Source: a phage | NCBI GenBank assembly: GCA_036253495.1 | Contig: GCA_036253495.1_4125.1 | Strand: one strand, 5' to 3' | DNA: 64,000 bases | Shown here: positions 10,064-20,945 of the stretch, one piece after another | Position numbering within the stretch: the stretch's first letter is position 1 | Layout: each line of letters begins with the position of its first letter | The notes under the pieces: model-generated | Databases searched by the model: none | Told to the model about the DNA's origin: nothing | The model's input: only the letters and a program-made list of their open reading frames with translations | Translations under genes and position numbers: made by a program

Positions 10064-10080
10064 TACTAAAGGAGATACAT

Positions 10081-10515
10081 ATGATTATATCATTCAAAAA
10101 AGTACTAAAATATTTCCAAAATAATAAACTTAAAGATATGAAAGTACGTGTCAATTTCTTTGCTAAAAGTGTGTGGTTTTGTACAGAGGATGAAATTAAG
10201 GTTAATGTAAGATTAACTGATTCATATGAAATAATTCGCCTGTACGCAACCATTGATGGTGTGGATACCAAGATATCATACATTTCAACTAGTGGTACGT
10301 TGATCATGAGTACGCGAGAAAATGAAACTGATACATTCAATGAAATTAAGATAGAAAACATCCATGAAATCACATCTGAAGAGATACTATTTCAACGTTC
10401 ACTTGTTGACAATGTACTAGATTTAACATATGATAATATCATACTAATTCACAAACTGCATGATGAGGCAAAAGCGTTTGCTCTAACCAAATTCGGAGAA
10501 TTGGATGATAAGTGA
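10081..10515 (+). CDS. FQ-motif paralog family protein
   Basis: AAAGGAG RBS; C-terminal SEEILFQRSLVDNVLDLTYDNI module. Confidence 0.6.
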   Translation: MIISFKKVLKYFQNNKLKDMKVRVNFFAKSVWFCTEDEIKVNVRLTDSYEIIRLYATIDGVDTKISYISTSGTLIMSTRENETDTFNEIKIENIHEITSEEILFQRSLVDNVLDLTYDNIILIHKLHDEAKAFALTKFGELDDK

Positions 10516-10930
10516 CCTGTTGAATATTGATATCACTAAACTAAAAATTACCGATTGTGGTATGTGTGTCAATGATAAACGTAAGATTGATTATGCTATA
10601 CTTACTGATGGCAATAAATCTCTTTGGTATGATAAATCTGTAGGAATTCAATTTAGACATAGTTCTAGTATTGAAAAGTATTCAGAGACATTAGATTACA
10701 TAAGTAATGGTAGTATTATCTATGTAAAATATTCAGAATCTGGAAAAATTACAAATACCATTACATTCAATGAAAAGAAGTACACTGAAGAAGAATTCTT
10801 TATGGTTAGTACTTTGTATGATTTTGGGTGTATCAGATACTGTGATTATGTTAAAACATTGGACATTTCCAATAAGATCTATTCGATACTTGAGCAATAT
10901 GAAAAGGAGATAGTAGATGACAGTAAGTAA
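10505..10930 (+). CDS. FQ-motif paralog family protein (divergent)
   Basis: C-terminal TEEEFFMVSTLYDF module. Confidence 0.5.
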   Translation: MISDLLNIDITKLKITDCGMCVNDKRKIDYAILTDGNKSLWYDKSVGIQFRHSSSIEKYSETLDYISNGSIIYVKYSESGKITNTITFNEKKYTEEEFFMVSTLYDFGCIRYCDYVKTLDISNKIYSILEQYEKEIVDDSK

Positions 10931-11327
10931 ATGTTACATTATCATTCGTGAAGACTTAGATATGCCAGTTGGGAAGCTTGCTGCTCAGGCGGGTCATGCG
11001 GTTGATTCTATCTGGTCCACGATTACCGTTGCTGGTACATCAATTCGTGGTTGTAATGCTGTTGGTGAGAACCCAAGAGATGAAGATGAAAAGATCCTGA
11101 ACGATTTCAGTACTTGGGTACAGGACGGTCGTCGCAAGATTATCTTAAAGGCTAAATCTGAAGAACAGATGCTTAATCTATTCGATAAAGTGAAAGCTGA
11201 AGGATTCACTGCAACTAAGATTCATGATTATGGATTCAACCATTTTGATGGTCTAACATTAACTGGATTCGTTGTGTTCCCGTGCACTGACGAAGTTAAA
11301 GCATTGAAAAGGGTAAGATTATGGTAG
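10917..11327 (+). CDS. peptidyl-tRNA hydrolase, PTH2 family
   Basis: AAAAGGAG RBS; motifs IIIREDLDMPVGKLAAQAGHA and C-terminal LTGFVVFPC...L resemble archaeal/eukaryotic Pth2. Confidence 0.8.
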   Translation: MTVSKCYIIIREDLDMPVGKLAAQAGHAVDSIWSTITVAGTSIRGCNAVGENPRDEDEKILNDFSTWVQDGRRKIILKAKSEEQMLNLFDKVKAEGFTATKIHDYGFNHFDGLTLTGFVVFPCTDEVKALKRVRLW

Positions 11328-11701
11328 ATGAATTGGATAGAAAAATTGATGCTTTGTATAAATCAATTGAAACCAATGAGGTTACTGTATATTATGGGAG
11401 ACAGAGTGTACAACAATCAAATTCATGTTTACGTTTAACCATAACCTTAGATTCAAGAGATAATCCATATACTTGTGTTTTCAAAGAAAGAAACACCATT
11501 GAATGGATTGGTTGGTATATAGATGACCGTCTTTCATACCTTTATGATTTTGAAAATTATGATAGTTCAGAAGTTTACTTGAATTCAACTGAAGAAGAAT
11601 TATTTCAACTATCATTAATTGAAAAACATGTAATGTCATATGACAATTTACAAAAAATCAAGTCAATAATGAATTATGCTCTATCTAAGGTAAAGCAATG
11701 A
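11321..11701 (+). CDS. FQ-motif paralog family protein
   Basis: C-terminal STEEELFQLSLIEKHVMSYDNL module. Confidence 0.6.
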   Translation: MVDELDRKIDALYKSIETNEVTVYYGRQSVQQSNSCLRLTITLDSRDNPYTCVFKERNTIEWIGWYIDDRLSYLYDFENYDSSEVYLNSTEEELFQLSLIEKHVMSYDNLQKIKSIMNYALSKVKQ

Positions 11702-12138
11702 ACATTAAATTAGTTAAAAAATATATCAGTACTTTTAATAAAATTAAATTTATCAACGATGGTTTGACTGATCCTGAAGAACAAATTAAAAATACCACAT
11801 ACGTAGGTCAGAATTGCTTTAAGATTATTATTGAAAATAATGTATTATCATTATCAGTTAATAATCTGGTATATGGTGATCAGATGTATATCGTGCACAA
11901 TGTTAATAACAATAACTTAGAAATTATGCTTCGTGATGATAATGTTATCAAAATATATCAGGTACAAAATGTAAGTGAATGCACTACTGAAGAGGGGTAT
12001 TTCCAGGAATCACTGGTTCAAACATTTAATATTGATTTCAAGGATTTAAAATATCTCATGAGTACGCTAACAAAAATGCGTTCAGCTATCTTTAACATCT
12101 TTTTTATTGATGAACAGCGACAAATGGATGTAAAATGA
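11698..12138 (+). CDS. FQ-motif paralog family protein
   Basis: ATGA overlap; C-terminal TTEEGYFQESLVQTFNIDFKDL module. Confidence 0.6.
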   Translation: MNIKLVKKYISTFNKIKFINDGLTDPEEQIKNTTYVGQNCFKIIIENNVLSLSVNNLVYGDQMYIVHNVNNNNLEIMLRDDNVIKIYQVQNVSECTTEEGYFQESLVQTFNIDFKDLKYLMSTLTKMRSAIFNIFFIDEQRQMDVK

Positions 12139-12557
12139 ACCCAAGAGATTGTTTTGATTTGTTAAAGGGAATGCCTATAGATTCACTAGTACCTGATAAT
12201 AGGTTTGAGCACAATCTTGATTTTCATGGTGAAAATTACAATGTATATATAAGCTACAGTGATGATGAGAGTGAAGAACTAACATTTGTGTTCATTTATA
12301 ATGTTTTTGAAGGTGATAAGTTGTTGGATGTTGAAATTGCATCATATACTGTCACAAATCAATACGTTATCGAAGATGATCTTCGAAACAAATTTGATAT
12401 AACACTGTACAGTACTGAAGAAGAGTTGTTTCAGTTAAGTACTATCAGTGATGTGTGCACAACTGTCGAAGAGTTAGCAGACGTTAAGAAAATCATTGAC
12501 ACTGTGTACAACAAGATATACAATACATTCCATATTGAGAAACAATTAAAAGGGTAA
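12135..12557 (+). CDS. FQ-motif paralog family protein
   Basis: ATGA overlap; C-terminal STEEELFQLSTISDV module. Confidence 0.6.
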   Translation: MNPRDCFDLLKGMPIDSLVPDNRFEHNLDFHGENYNVYISYSDDESEELTFVFIYNVFEGDKLLDVEIASYTVTNQYVIEDDLRNKFDITLYSTEEELFQLSTISDVCTTVEELADVKKIIDTVYNKIYNTFHIEKQLKG

Positions 12558-12561
12558 CAAA

Positions 12562-12822
12562 GTGACTACAGTTGTTCGTAAACGCCACATGATGAATATG
12601 GATGAATTCCGTACATTTGACAAATATCGCACTATGTTTCGTATGCTGACACAGGGGCGACCAATTGTCATTGTAACAGAAAATTACATGTCACCTGAAA
12701 TCATGTTTGGTAATTATGAAAAGGTTTTCATGTTGTATGTGAAGCGTGGATTGTTAACTATCAAGACCTTAGCAGAAGCAACTGATGAAGACATGGATGG
12801 TGATAACACATTCACTATGTGA
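12562..12822 (+). CDS. hypothetical protein
   Basis: GTG start 12562; start uncertain. Confidence 0.4.
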   Translation: MTTVVRKRHMMNMDEFRTFDKYRTMFRMLTQGRPIVIVTENYMSPEIMFGNYEKVFMLYVKRGLLTIKTLAEATDEDMDGDNTFTM

Positions 12823-12898
12823 GGAACTATGAGCGAAAAACCAAAAGAACCATTAGATCGTGATGATGATTACTACGACGAACGTTATGGTGATAAAG

Positions 12899-13150
12899 AT
12901 GAGTGAACATAATGCAGTACTAAAAAAGATTTTAAATGATTTGGGTAGTGAATTTGAAGTTTCAGACGAAGAATATGAATTTTGGAAAAAGGATTTTGAA
13001 CAACTGTCCGAGAGTGATAAAGTGTTCAATATGATTGGTGTTGTCAGTCAGTACTTACTCGGTGGTGGTCGTGCTAGTGCTTCAATCCTTGCATCGGCAA
13101 TCATCTGTACTGCCCGATGGTGTCAAGAAAAAAGTATTGACGCTTTCTAA
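12899..13150 (+). CDS. hypothetical protein
   Basis: ATG 12899; start uncertain. Confidence 0.4.
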   Translation: MSEHNAVLKKILNDLGSEFEVSDEEYEFWKKDFEQLSESDKVFNMIGVVSQYLLGGGRASASILASAIICTARWCQEKSIDAF

Positions 13151-13208
13151 ATTAGGAGATATAATGTTTGTATCAGAGAGAAAGAATGTATAAGGAATTA
13201 TATTTTGC

Positions 13209-13237
13209 TTGACAATGGAGCAATAATATTATACAAT
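13209..13237 (+). promoter_or_regulatory. sigma70-type promoter (TTGACA-17-TACAAT)
   Basis: TTGACA 13209-13214, TACAAT 13232-13237. Confidence 0.5.
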
Positions 13238-13388
13238 TAATCAATCTTATACAACGAGGAAACTCCAATTGAAATATGTAATGCTCCTTATTCCAGTGGG
13301 GTCATTCCGTGAAATTCTACCTACTGATGTACTGGATGGTCTTAAAAAGAGAAATCCACATAAGTTTTAAATAGTATTAAAAAGGACA

Positions 13389-13420
13389 ATACTGGGCGAA
13401 TATTCGTCCAGTATTTTATT
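13389..13420 (+). terminator. long hairpin plus T-run upstream of methyltransferase gene (terminator or attenuator)
   Basis: About 13-bp stem ATACTGGGCGAATA / TATTCGTCCAGTAT followed by T-rich tract. Confidence 0.5.
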
Positions 13421-13436
13421 TTATAAAGGATTATAG

Positions 13437-15335
13437 ATGGAACCGATACGTGTACTATCACTATTCAATGGGATGAGTGTTGGGTATATGGCCTTGCAAA
13501 GTGCAGGAATACCAGTTGAAAAGTACTACTCATCTGAAATTGATAAATTTGCTATAGCTGAATCCCAGGCTAACTTTCCTGATATCATCCAATTGGGTGA
13601 TGTAACTAGATGGAAAGAATGGGATATCGAATGGGACAAGATAGATCTTCTGATGGGTGGTTTTCCTTGCTTCCCAGCAGGAACCATGATCATGACAAAT
13701 GAAGGTCATAAAGATATAAAAGATATAAAAATTGGTGATATGGTTCTTACACACACTGGACAATACCAAAAAGTATTGAGTATTGGTAGCAAGATTGCAC
13801 CAACAAGAATCATCACAGGTCAGGGACATATACCAATTGAATGCACTGATAATCATCCATTTTATGCGAGAAAAATGAGCAAGAAGTGGGATAATGAAAA
13901 ACGACAATATGTTCGTGAATATACAGAACCTACATGGATCGATGCACATGAACTCACAGAAGAACATGCTATATGTAATGTTCGTTGTAATGTGAATTTT
14001 CAACATAACAAGAGTGAAAGCTTTTGGTATTTCATGGGTAGATTTATGGGTGATGGATGGACTTACAAAGTAAAACGACAAAATAGAAAAAATAGTTATC
14101 AATATCGTGTTTTTATTTGCTGTGCTCATGATGAATTTGATGAATTGGTTTCATGTTTTGATGGTATGAATATGAAATATAATTTTGTTAAAGAAAGAAC
14201 ATCTTATAAATTCTATATTTGTTCAAAAGAACTAGTTGAATTTTGTGAACAAATGGGTAAGGGTGCTTCAAATAAACAAGTACACCCCACACTTTTCACT
14301 GAAAGTATCGCTAATCAGAAAGCATTCATTGATGGTTATTTTGACGCAGATGGTCACCATGACAAGAAAGATGATTGTTTAAAATTTACATCAACATCAA
14401 AGAATGTTATTCTTGGTATACAACAACTAATTATGAATGTGTATGGTCGTCATTCTAACATAACATACTTTAAACCGTCTGAAACAAAAGTTATAGAAGA
14501 ACGTGTTGTTAATCAGAAGCCGTATTACGTATTAACATACAAAAAAGAAAAGCACCGAAAAGATGAAGCATTCTATGATGATGGGTCATATTCATGGGTA
14601 AAAGGTGTTAAATCGAACACCACAACCGGAGAATGGAAAACCGTTTACAATATTGAAGTTGCAGTAGATAACACATATACGGCGAACAATATTGTAGTTC
14701 ATAACTGCCAAGCGTGGTCAGTTGCTGGGAAACAAGGCGGTGTGAATGATCCTCGTGGTATGTTATTCCATACAATGGTTGATATTTACCAGCACATAAA
14801 AAGTCTCAATCCTAACTTGAAAGTTCTTTTTGAGAATGTTAAGATGAAGGAAGATTTCAAGGATTATATCAATGGCGTGTTGGAAATGACACCAATTTTG
14901 ATAAACTCCCAGCATTACACGCCTCACTTCAGGCAACGTTACTACTGGTACAGTACTGATAAGTTATTCATACCACCTGCAATATCCAAAGCCCCAAAGC
15001 TTCAAGATATACTTGATGATGGTTGGTACACAGACAGAACCGCTTCGTACTGTATTGATGCCAATTACTTCAAGGGTGGAGATCCGAATCAGTACTTCAA
15101 TAAGTCAAGAAGACAAATCGTTTTCAAAGACCCTGATATCAACAGGAACTTCCTGATTGAGAAGGGTAAACGAAATGTGGACTATCGACATTTGACAGTG
15201 CAAGAGTGTTGCATTTTACAGGGAGTTGATGTAAACTATTTCAAAGTGTCAAGTAACACACAAGCGTACAAAATGCTTGGTAATGGCTGGACAGCACCTG
15301 TTATAGAACATTTACTTCGTGATATATTCTTTTAA
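13437..15335 (+). CDS. DNA (cytosine-5)-methyltransferase interrupted by an in-frame intein
   Basis: N-extein ends GGFP; C-extein starts CQAWSVAG (together motif IV GGFPCQ); downstream ENV (VLFENV), RQR and LGNGWTAPV motifs. Confidence 0.85.
   Translation: MEPIRVLSLFNGMSVGYMALQSAGIPVEKYYSSEIDKFAIAESQANFPDIIQLGDVTRWKEWDIEWDKIDLLMGGFPCFPAGTMIMTNEGHKDIKDIKIGDMVLTHTGQYQKVLSIGSKIAPTRIITGQGHIPIECTDNHPFYARKMSKKWDNEKRQYVREYTEPTWIDAHELTEEHAICNVRCNVNFQHNKSESFWYFMGRFMGDGWTYKVKRQNRKNSYQYRVFICCAHDEFDELVSCFDGMNMKYNFVKERTSYKFYICSKELVEFCEQMGKGASNKQVHPTLFTESIANQKAFIDGYFDADGHHDKKDDCLKFTSTSKNVILGIQQLIMNVYGRHSNITYFKPSETKVIEERVVNQKPYYVLTYKKEKHRKDEAFYDDGSYSWVKGVKSNTTTGEWKTVYNIEVAVDNTYTANNIVVHNCQAWSVAGKQGGVNDPRGMLFHTMVDIYQHIKSLNPNLKVLFENVKMKEDFKDYINGVLEMTPILINSQHYTPHFRQRYYWYSTDKLFIPPAISKAPKLQDILDDGWYTDRTASYCIDANYFKGGDPNQYFNKSRRQIVFKDPDINRNFLIEKGKRNVDYRHLTVQECCILQGVDVNYFKVSSNTQAYKMLGNGWTAPVIEHLLRDIFF
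13668..14705 (+). other. intein (346 aa) with LAGLIDADG homing-endonuclease domain, inserted before catalytic Cys of the methyltransferase
   Basis: Starts Cys (CFPAGTMIM), ends VVHN followed by +1 Cys; internal FMGRFMGDGW and FIDGYFDADGH dodecapeptide-like motifs. Confidence 0.75.
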
Positions 15336-15350
15336 CCATTAGAGGCACAA

Positions 15351-16735
<1,385 letters not shown>

Positions 16736-16739
<4 letters not shown>

Positions 16740-17179
16740 CAGTACTGCACCAATTAAAGAAAGTTAAACATCCGGTAGTTTATAATGATTGGCTACGCCA
16801 GAAGGAGATGGGGGACTTTTACTACCCAAAGTCTAAAGTACTGGCAACGTCAAAAACTATATACCTGAAATATAACGATGAAGATTGTTTGTGTATTCAA
16901 ATGGGATTCCATCCTAAAGTTGGATTGTTTACATCAAATCAAACATTTTATAAATTTAGAATTCAAAAAGATACATTTAGTATTCACATTGAAAAGCATG
17001 ACGTAGAAGATACAATATATCGTGTGGAAAGTGAGCCTTTGAATCTTGTTGGGATTCCGTACAATAATTTAGAAGAAATGTACTTTCAGCAGTTGACAAT
17101 ACAAGAAGACTTTGGTATGATAGGACTTCAAGAGTTAGAGATGATTAAACAAATTCGTGATATCTACTTTAAGGAGTAA
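16736..17179 (+). CDS. FQ-motif paralog family protein
   Basis: ATGA overlap; C-terminal EEMYFQQLTIQEDFG module. Confidence 0.55.
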
Positions 17180-17181
17180 TT

Positions 17182-17325
17182 ATGCCAGTGCGTAACAGTA
17201 CATCACGCTTTACACTTCAACAGAAAGCAGATCTTCTGAATATGGCTAATAAAGATTCTAATTTTTACTATCTAGTACTTGGTGGTTCAGTTGAAAAGAT
17301 TGATCTACGCGAGTGTATGAAATAA
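17182..17325 (+). CDS. small hypothetical protein (47 aa)
   Basis: AAGGAG RBS; below ORF-track cutoff. Confidence 0.35.
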   Translation: MPVRNSTSRFTLQQKADLLNMANKDSNFYYLVLGGSVEKIDLRECMK

Positions 17326-17337
17326 TAAGGGGACAAA

Positions 17338-17508
17338 ATGAGTCTGAGTGAATCCTGGAAACAGTTCAAAGAAGAGATTGGTTATCGTGGTGTATCGAGT
17401 GAACCAATCAATCGTACTGAAAGCATTAAGGCCAGTACTAACGGTACTACCTATGACCGATATGACCCACGATACGGGTTACATGAAGAAGTCAAAAAAG
17501 AAGATTGA
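17338..17508 (+). CDS. small hypothetical protein (56 aa)
   Basis: AAGGGG RBS then ATG 17338; preferred over overlapping track ORF 17348..17548. Confidence 0.35.
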   Translation: MSLSESWKQFKEEIGYRGVSSEPINRTESIKASTNGTTYDRYDPRYGLHEEVKKED

Positions 17509-17571
17509 CAATATATCGAGAGTGTGTGATAATACTCTCGTCTTTTAATTAAACAAAAAGGTAAAATAAAA

Positions 17572-18138
17572 ATGGCTGGATGTGAAAAGATTTGTGAATA
17601 CTGTGATGAATACATTGGACATGAAATGTATCACCATAAACGTAACCATATTCAAGTACTATCTAAGCACAGAAAACATTTCCGTGGTAAAGAGGCAACT
17701 CTTTTTGTTTTTGAAAATGGTTTGAAAGAAGTTTGGAAATCAGGTGGTAAATCCGACGCATCATTGGAATGTGTGAATCCCAATCCTACAGAAGAGAATT
17801 GGGATAATTATGAATACTTCCGCATGTTTAAACGTACACCGTGGGGTAAATCCGAATGCTATGCTGTGTTTTTTGAAAACCTCGATGAATACAAAGCTGC
17901 ACTGAAACAGATCCAGCAACGACTGGTAATGGAATATGCATATTACCTGTATGTACCAGATGTACCAGGTAAAGTCGGTGGTATGTATCTTAACTTCTCA
18001 ACTGATCTGAGTGCAGTTAAGCGTCGTTTGCGTCGTCTGGTAGGCACACGCAATCTTAAAATCAAATACATGAAAGGTGATTTCTGCGATTTCTATAATG
18101 AACAGAAATTGGTTAGAATCGGTTCAGAGGACATGTAA
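17572..18138 (+). CDS. hypothetical protein with Cys/His-rich N-terminus
   Basis: ORF with CEKICEYCDEYIGHEMYHH; possible metal-binding. Confidence 0.55.
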   Translation: MAGCEKICEYCDEYIGHEMYHHKRNHIQVLSKHRKHFRGKEATLFVFENGLKEVWKSGGKSDASLECVNPNPTEENWDNYEYFRMFKRTPWGKSECYAVFFENLDEYKAALKQIQQRLVMEYAYYLYVPDVPGKVGGMYLNFSTDLSAVKRRLRRLVGTRNLKIKYMKGDFCDFYNEQKLVRIGSEDM

Positions 18139-18392
18139 TGGAACATCTTAAAACTATATGGGAACAAGTGAAAATCATCGTTGAATGTGTGGTATTCGCT
18201 CTTATGTCCTTAATCACAATTGTAGTTGCTTTGATTCCATCCATCATTTATCAATATAATGGTGGAACTAACACTGATATTGACTTAGCATTGCGTATAT
18301 TAGGTTTTGTGATTTGGCTCCTATTTGTTGTTTGGGTGATGAACCGTAAAAGTCCATATGAGCAAGATGAGAAATCGGATAATGAGTATTGA
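18138..18392 (+). CDS. small membrane protein
   Basis: TAATG overlap; two hydrophobic helices. Confidence 0.45.
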   Translation: MEHLKTIWEQVKIIVECVVFALMSLITIVVALIPSIIYQYNGGTNTDIDLALRILGFVIWLLFVVWVMNRKSPYEQDEKSDNEY

Positions 18393-19176
18393 AAAGATAT
18401 TAAAAGATAACTTAACAAAGTACTTGATGAATTGCGACCGTGATGTACGCCGTAAATTTAACGGGTACTTAAAACGTTATCCTTACATCATGTTTTGTCC
18501 TATTAAAATTAATAACGAGGAAGAACACGATTGTCTTCACATTGGATTCACAAATCGTGTACTGAAAAAAAGTGAATTGTCTGAATCGGACGTATGGATT
18601 GAAACAGATGCACATGAGACTAATGTTTTCTATCTGTATACTCCATATGCAGAGATTGTACATAACATATGTGATGCTGTATTCATTAGTACTGATGAGT
18701 TTCCAAAACTTTATATAAAGCCAGCACCACTTAAAGTTGCTATCAATGCACCATCTGTCGGGGAGGATGTATTTGGTACAATACAGTACTGTGTAGAAGA
18801 ACATTTGGATCGTGAGATTTCAATTGAAATGGCAGACATGCTTGCTGATGCTGTATCTGAATGTACGGCCCTTGAAAGTTACCTTATATATGATAAATCG
18901 TATTATAATTTGAATAACATTGTTGAAGGTGAAATCACAGTATGTATCAAATACAACAGTGAAGTTATTGGGTTTGTTCATTGTAAAGGGCATGATTTGT
19001 ACCGTAAAAACATATCAGTGGTTGATCTACAGAAATGGAATCAGGTGATGGATTTAATCATTGACAACAGCGGTGTAAATGATATACTCGTTAAACAATA
19101 TAGAGTAATCAACCCTAAAGATGACTGTGATTTGTACTTCCCAGTACAAGGTGTAACTGACGAGGATAAGCGATGA
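18382..19176 (+). CDS. hypothetical protein
   Basis: In-frame ATG 18382. Confidence 0.5.
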   Translation: MSIEKILKDNLTKYLMNCDRDVRRKFNGYLKRYPYIMFCPIKINNEEEHDCLHIGFTNRVLKKSELSESDVWIETDAHETNVFYLYTPYAEIVHNICDAVFISTDEFPKLYIKPAPLKVAINAPSVGEDVFGTIQYCVEEHLDREISIEMADMLADAVSECTALESYLIYDKSYYNLNNIVEGEITVCIKYNSEVIGFVHCKGHDLYRKNISVVDLQKWNQVMDLIIDNSGVNDILVKQYRVINPKDDCDLYFPVQGVTDEDKR

Positions 19177-19436
19177 AAATTTTAGAATACGTATATGGCA
19201 GTGAACATCAAAGCACTCTTTATGTTGGTAATGAATTCAGTCCAGACCCTCTGGATATGTTACAACGCATTCAAGGGTTGAAGAAAGATATCAGTACTAA
19301 GGAACCGTTTGTTAAGCGTGTTGACGTTCAATCACGCAATCCAGAAGAATATATTACCACAGATGCTGATATTAAAAAACTTCTTGCAAAGAATGGTTAT
19401 GTTGAGTATAATCCTCACATCGTCAATCTTCAATAA
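19173..19436 (+). CDS. hypothetical protein
   Basis: ATGA overlap. Confidence 0.5.
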   Translation: MKILEYVYGSEHQSTLYVGNEFSPDPLDMLQRIQGLKKDISTKEPFVKRVDVQSRNPEEYITTDADIKKLLAKNGYVEYNPHIVNLQ

Positions 19437-19446
19437 GGGAAAGCGA

Positions 19447-19722
19447 ATGACTGAATCAACAGAAGTACTGAAAGAACGCCTATCTAAACTCCGTGAAGAA
19501 CGCCGCATTGTTCGTCTGGATTGGGATATTCTTAACCGCAAGGATGAACAATCCTATGCCAACTGGAGTTCAGATAAAGTTCGTAACGAACGTTCTAAAG
19601 AAGATGCTAAACAATTTTCAGCACTGTCCAAGCGTCTATCATGTCTGAATAGTGAGATTACTGGAATTCAAAAAGAAATCACTGAGCGTTTACTATCTGA
19701 ACTGAGATCAATGTATGAATAA
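19447..19722 (+). CDS. hypothetical protein
   Basis: ATG 19447 with GGGAAAG RBS. Confidence 0.45.
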   Translation: MTESTEVLKERLSKLREERRIVRLDWDILNRKDEQSYANWSSDKVRNERSKEDAKQFSALSKRLSCLNSEITGIQKEITERLLSELRSMYE

Positions 19723-20011
19723 ACATGAAGTTCTAGTTTTTGATAATAAGTTCTATGTACCAACATGTGGAAGTACTGAATCATATTATCTAATTAATAA
19801 TATCATGTCAGCAACCCAAACGTGTTGCCGTCAACGTCCAGGTGAGTACGAGTTCAGCCAGACTATCGGGTATTACCGTTATACTGAGTTGGAAAGTTTC
19901 ACAATTGATTCTAAAAAAGTTATTGACGTTCTTATCAGTAACGGTTACAATGAACAAGAATCAAATAACACTGATTTACCTGTAGTTGAGATTGTTCTAA
20001 AAAATTCTTAA
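19715..20011 (+). CDS. hypothetical protein
   Basis: ORF overlapping upstream stop. Confidence 0.45.
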   Translation: MNKHEVLVFDNKFYVPTCGSTESYYLINNIMSATQTCCRQRPGEYEFSQTIGYYRYTELESFTIDSKKVIDVLISNGYNEQESNNTDLPVVEIVLKNS

Positions 20012-20130
20012 GAAGTTGTGGAACAATTTCGAATCCAATGATATAATGTTTTCATCGGCAGATGTTAAAATGCAAATCACTTCCTCAATGATTGAGGGTT
20101 CTATAAAAAAGAAATAAAAGGGTATTAACA

Positions 20131-20340
20131 ATGGCACAAGAAATTAAAGCACAAGTACTAGACGTAACTGATTTTGACCGCACTGTAAACTACATTCAGT
20201 TCCAAATTCACCAAGCGGAAGAAGCACTTGCTCAATTCCACGGTACTGGTGCTAAGCCAATCATGTTCGCTCATCTCATCACTTGGAAGAAAAATCTCCA
20301 AGAAGAACTACACGAACTGCGTAAAGCAAATCGTAAGTAA
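20131..20340 (+). CDS. hypothetical protein
   Basis: ORF with ATG 20131. Confidence 0.5.
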   Translation: MAQEIKAQVLDVTDFDRTVNYIQFQIHQAEEALAQFHGTGAKPIMFAHLITWKKNLQEELHELRKANRK

Positions 20341-20351
20341 TTAGGGTTTAT

Positions 20352-20378
20352 GCCCTGTCCATATGGATGGGGCTTTTT
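20352..20378 (+). terminator. intrinsic terminator
   Basis: Hairpin GCCCTGTCCATATGGATGGGGC followed by TTTTT. Confidence 0.55.
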
Positions 20379-20405
20379 AATCAAAAGTATAGAGGAAAAA
20401 AGAAA

Positions 20406-20945
20406 ATGGGTGTAGAATATTATTTTTTATTTGGATGCCTTAGTGTTCTGGTGTTGATAACAGTAGGATTAATTATTAATACATGCATAAGTGGTTCTAA
20501 ATATTTTCGTTCTTTCCAGTTTCTTATGTCAGCTATGTCATATAATAAAGAAGCTGATACAGCCATTAATCTATTACTAGATAAGACTGAAGCTGGAATA
20601 CTTATTGCGAAATTATCACCATCTGATGACACGATTATGTTTGTCAATCCAAACGATGAAGAAACAACACTTGTAGCAAATCAATATCGCACTAGTCATG
20701 CAGATCCACGTTATGTTAAAGTTCTTAATTCAGAAGGTGAAATCTGGATTGGTTCTAAATACTATGCTTATGGATACATCCATCGTTACTACGGTCAACG
20801 AAAGGAAGAATTTTATAAGAAACGTCCAAGTTTAAATACATTTAAACGTATTCTAAAACTTGAACACGAGTTAAAGAAACCAAGTTCAGAAAACGCAGCA
20901 CCAAATCATGTGCATAAGCGTGATAGTGATATCGTGGAGTTATAA
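20406..20945 (+). CDS. membrane-anchored hypothetical protein
   Basis: ATG 20406 with AGAGGAAAAAAG RBS; N-terminal TM helix. Confidence 0.5.
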   Translation: MGVEYYFLFGCLSVLVLITVGLIINTCISGSKYFRSFQFLMSAMSYNKEADTAINLLLDKTEAGILIAKLSPSDDTIMFVNPNDEETTLVANQYRTSHADPRYVKVLNSEGEIWIGSKYYAYGYIHRYYGQRKEEFYKKRPSLNTFKRILKLEHELKKPSSENAAPNHVHKRDSDIVEL

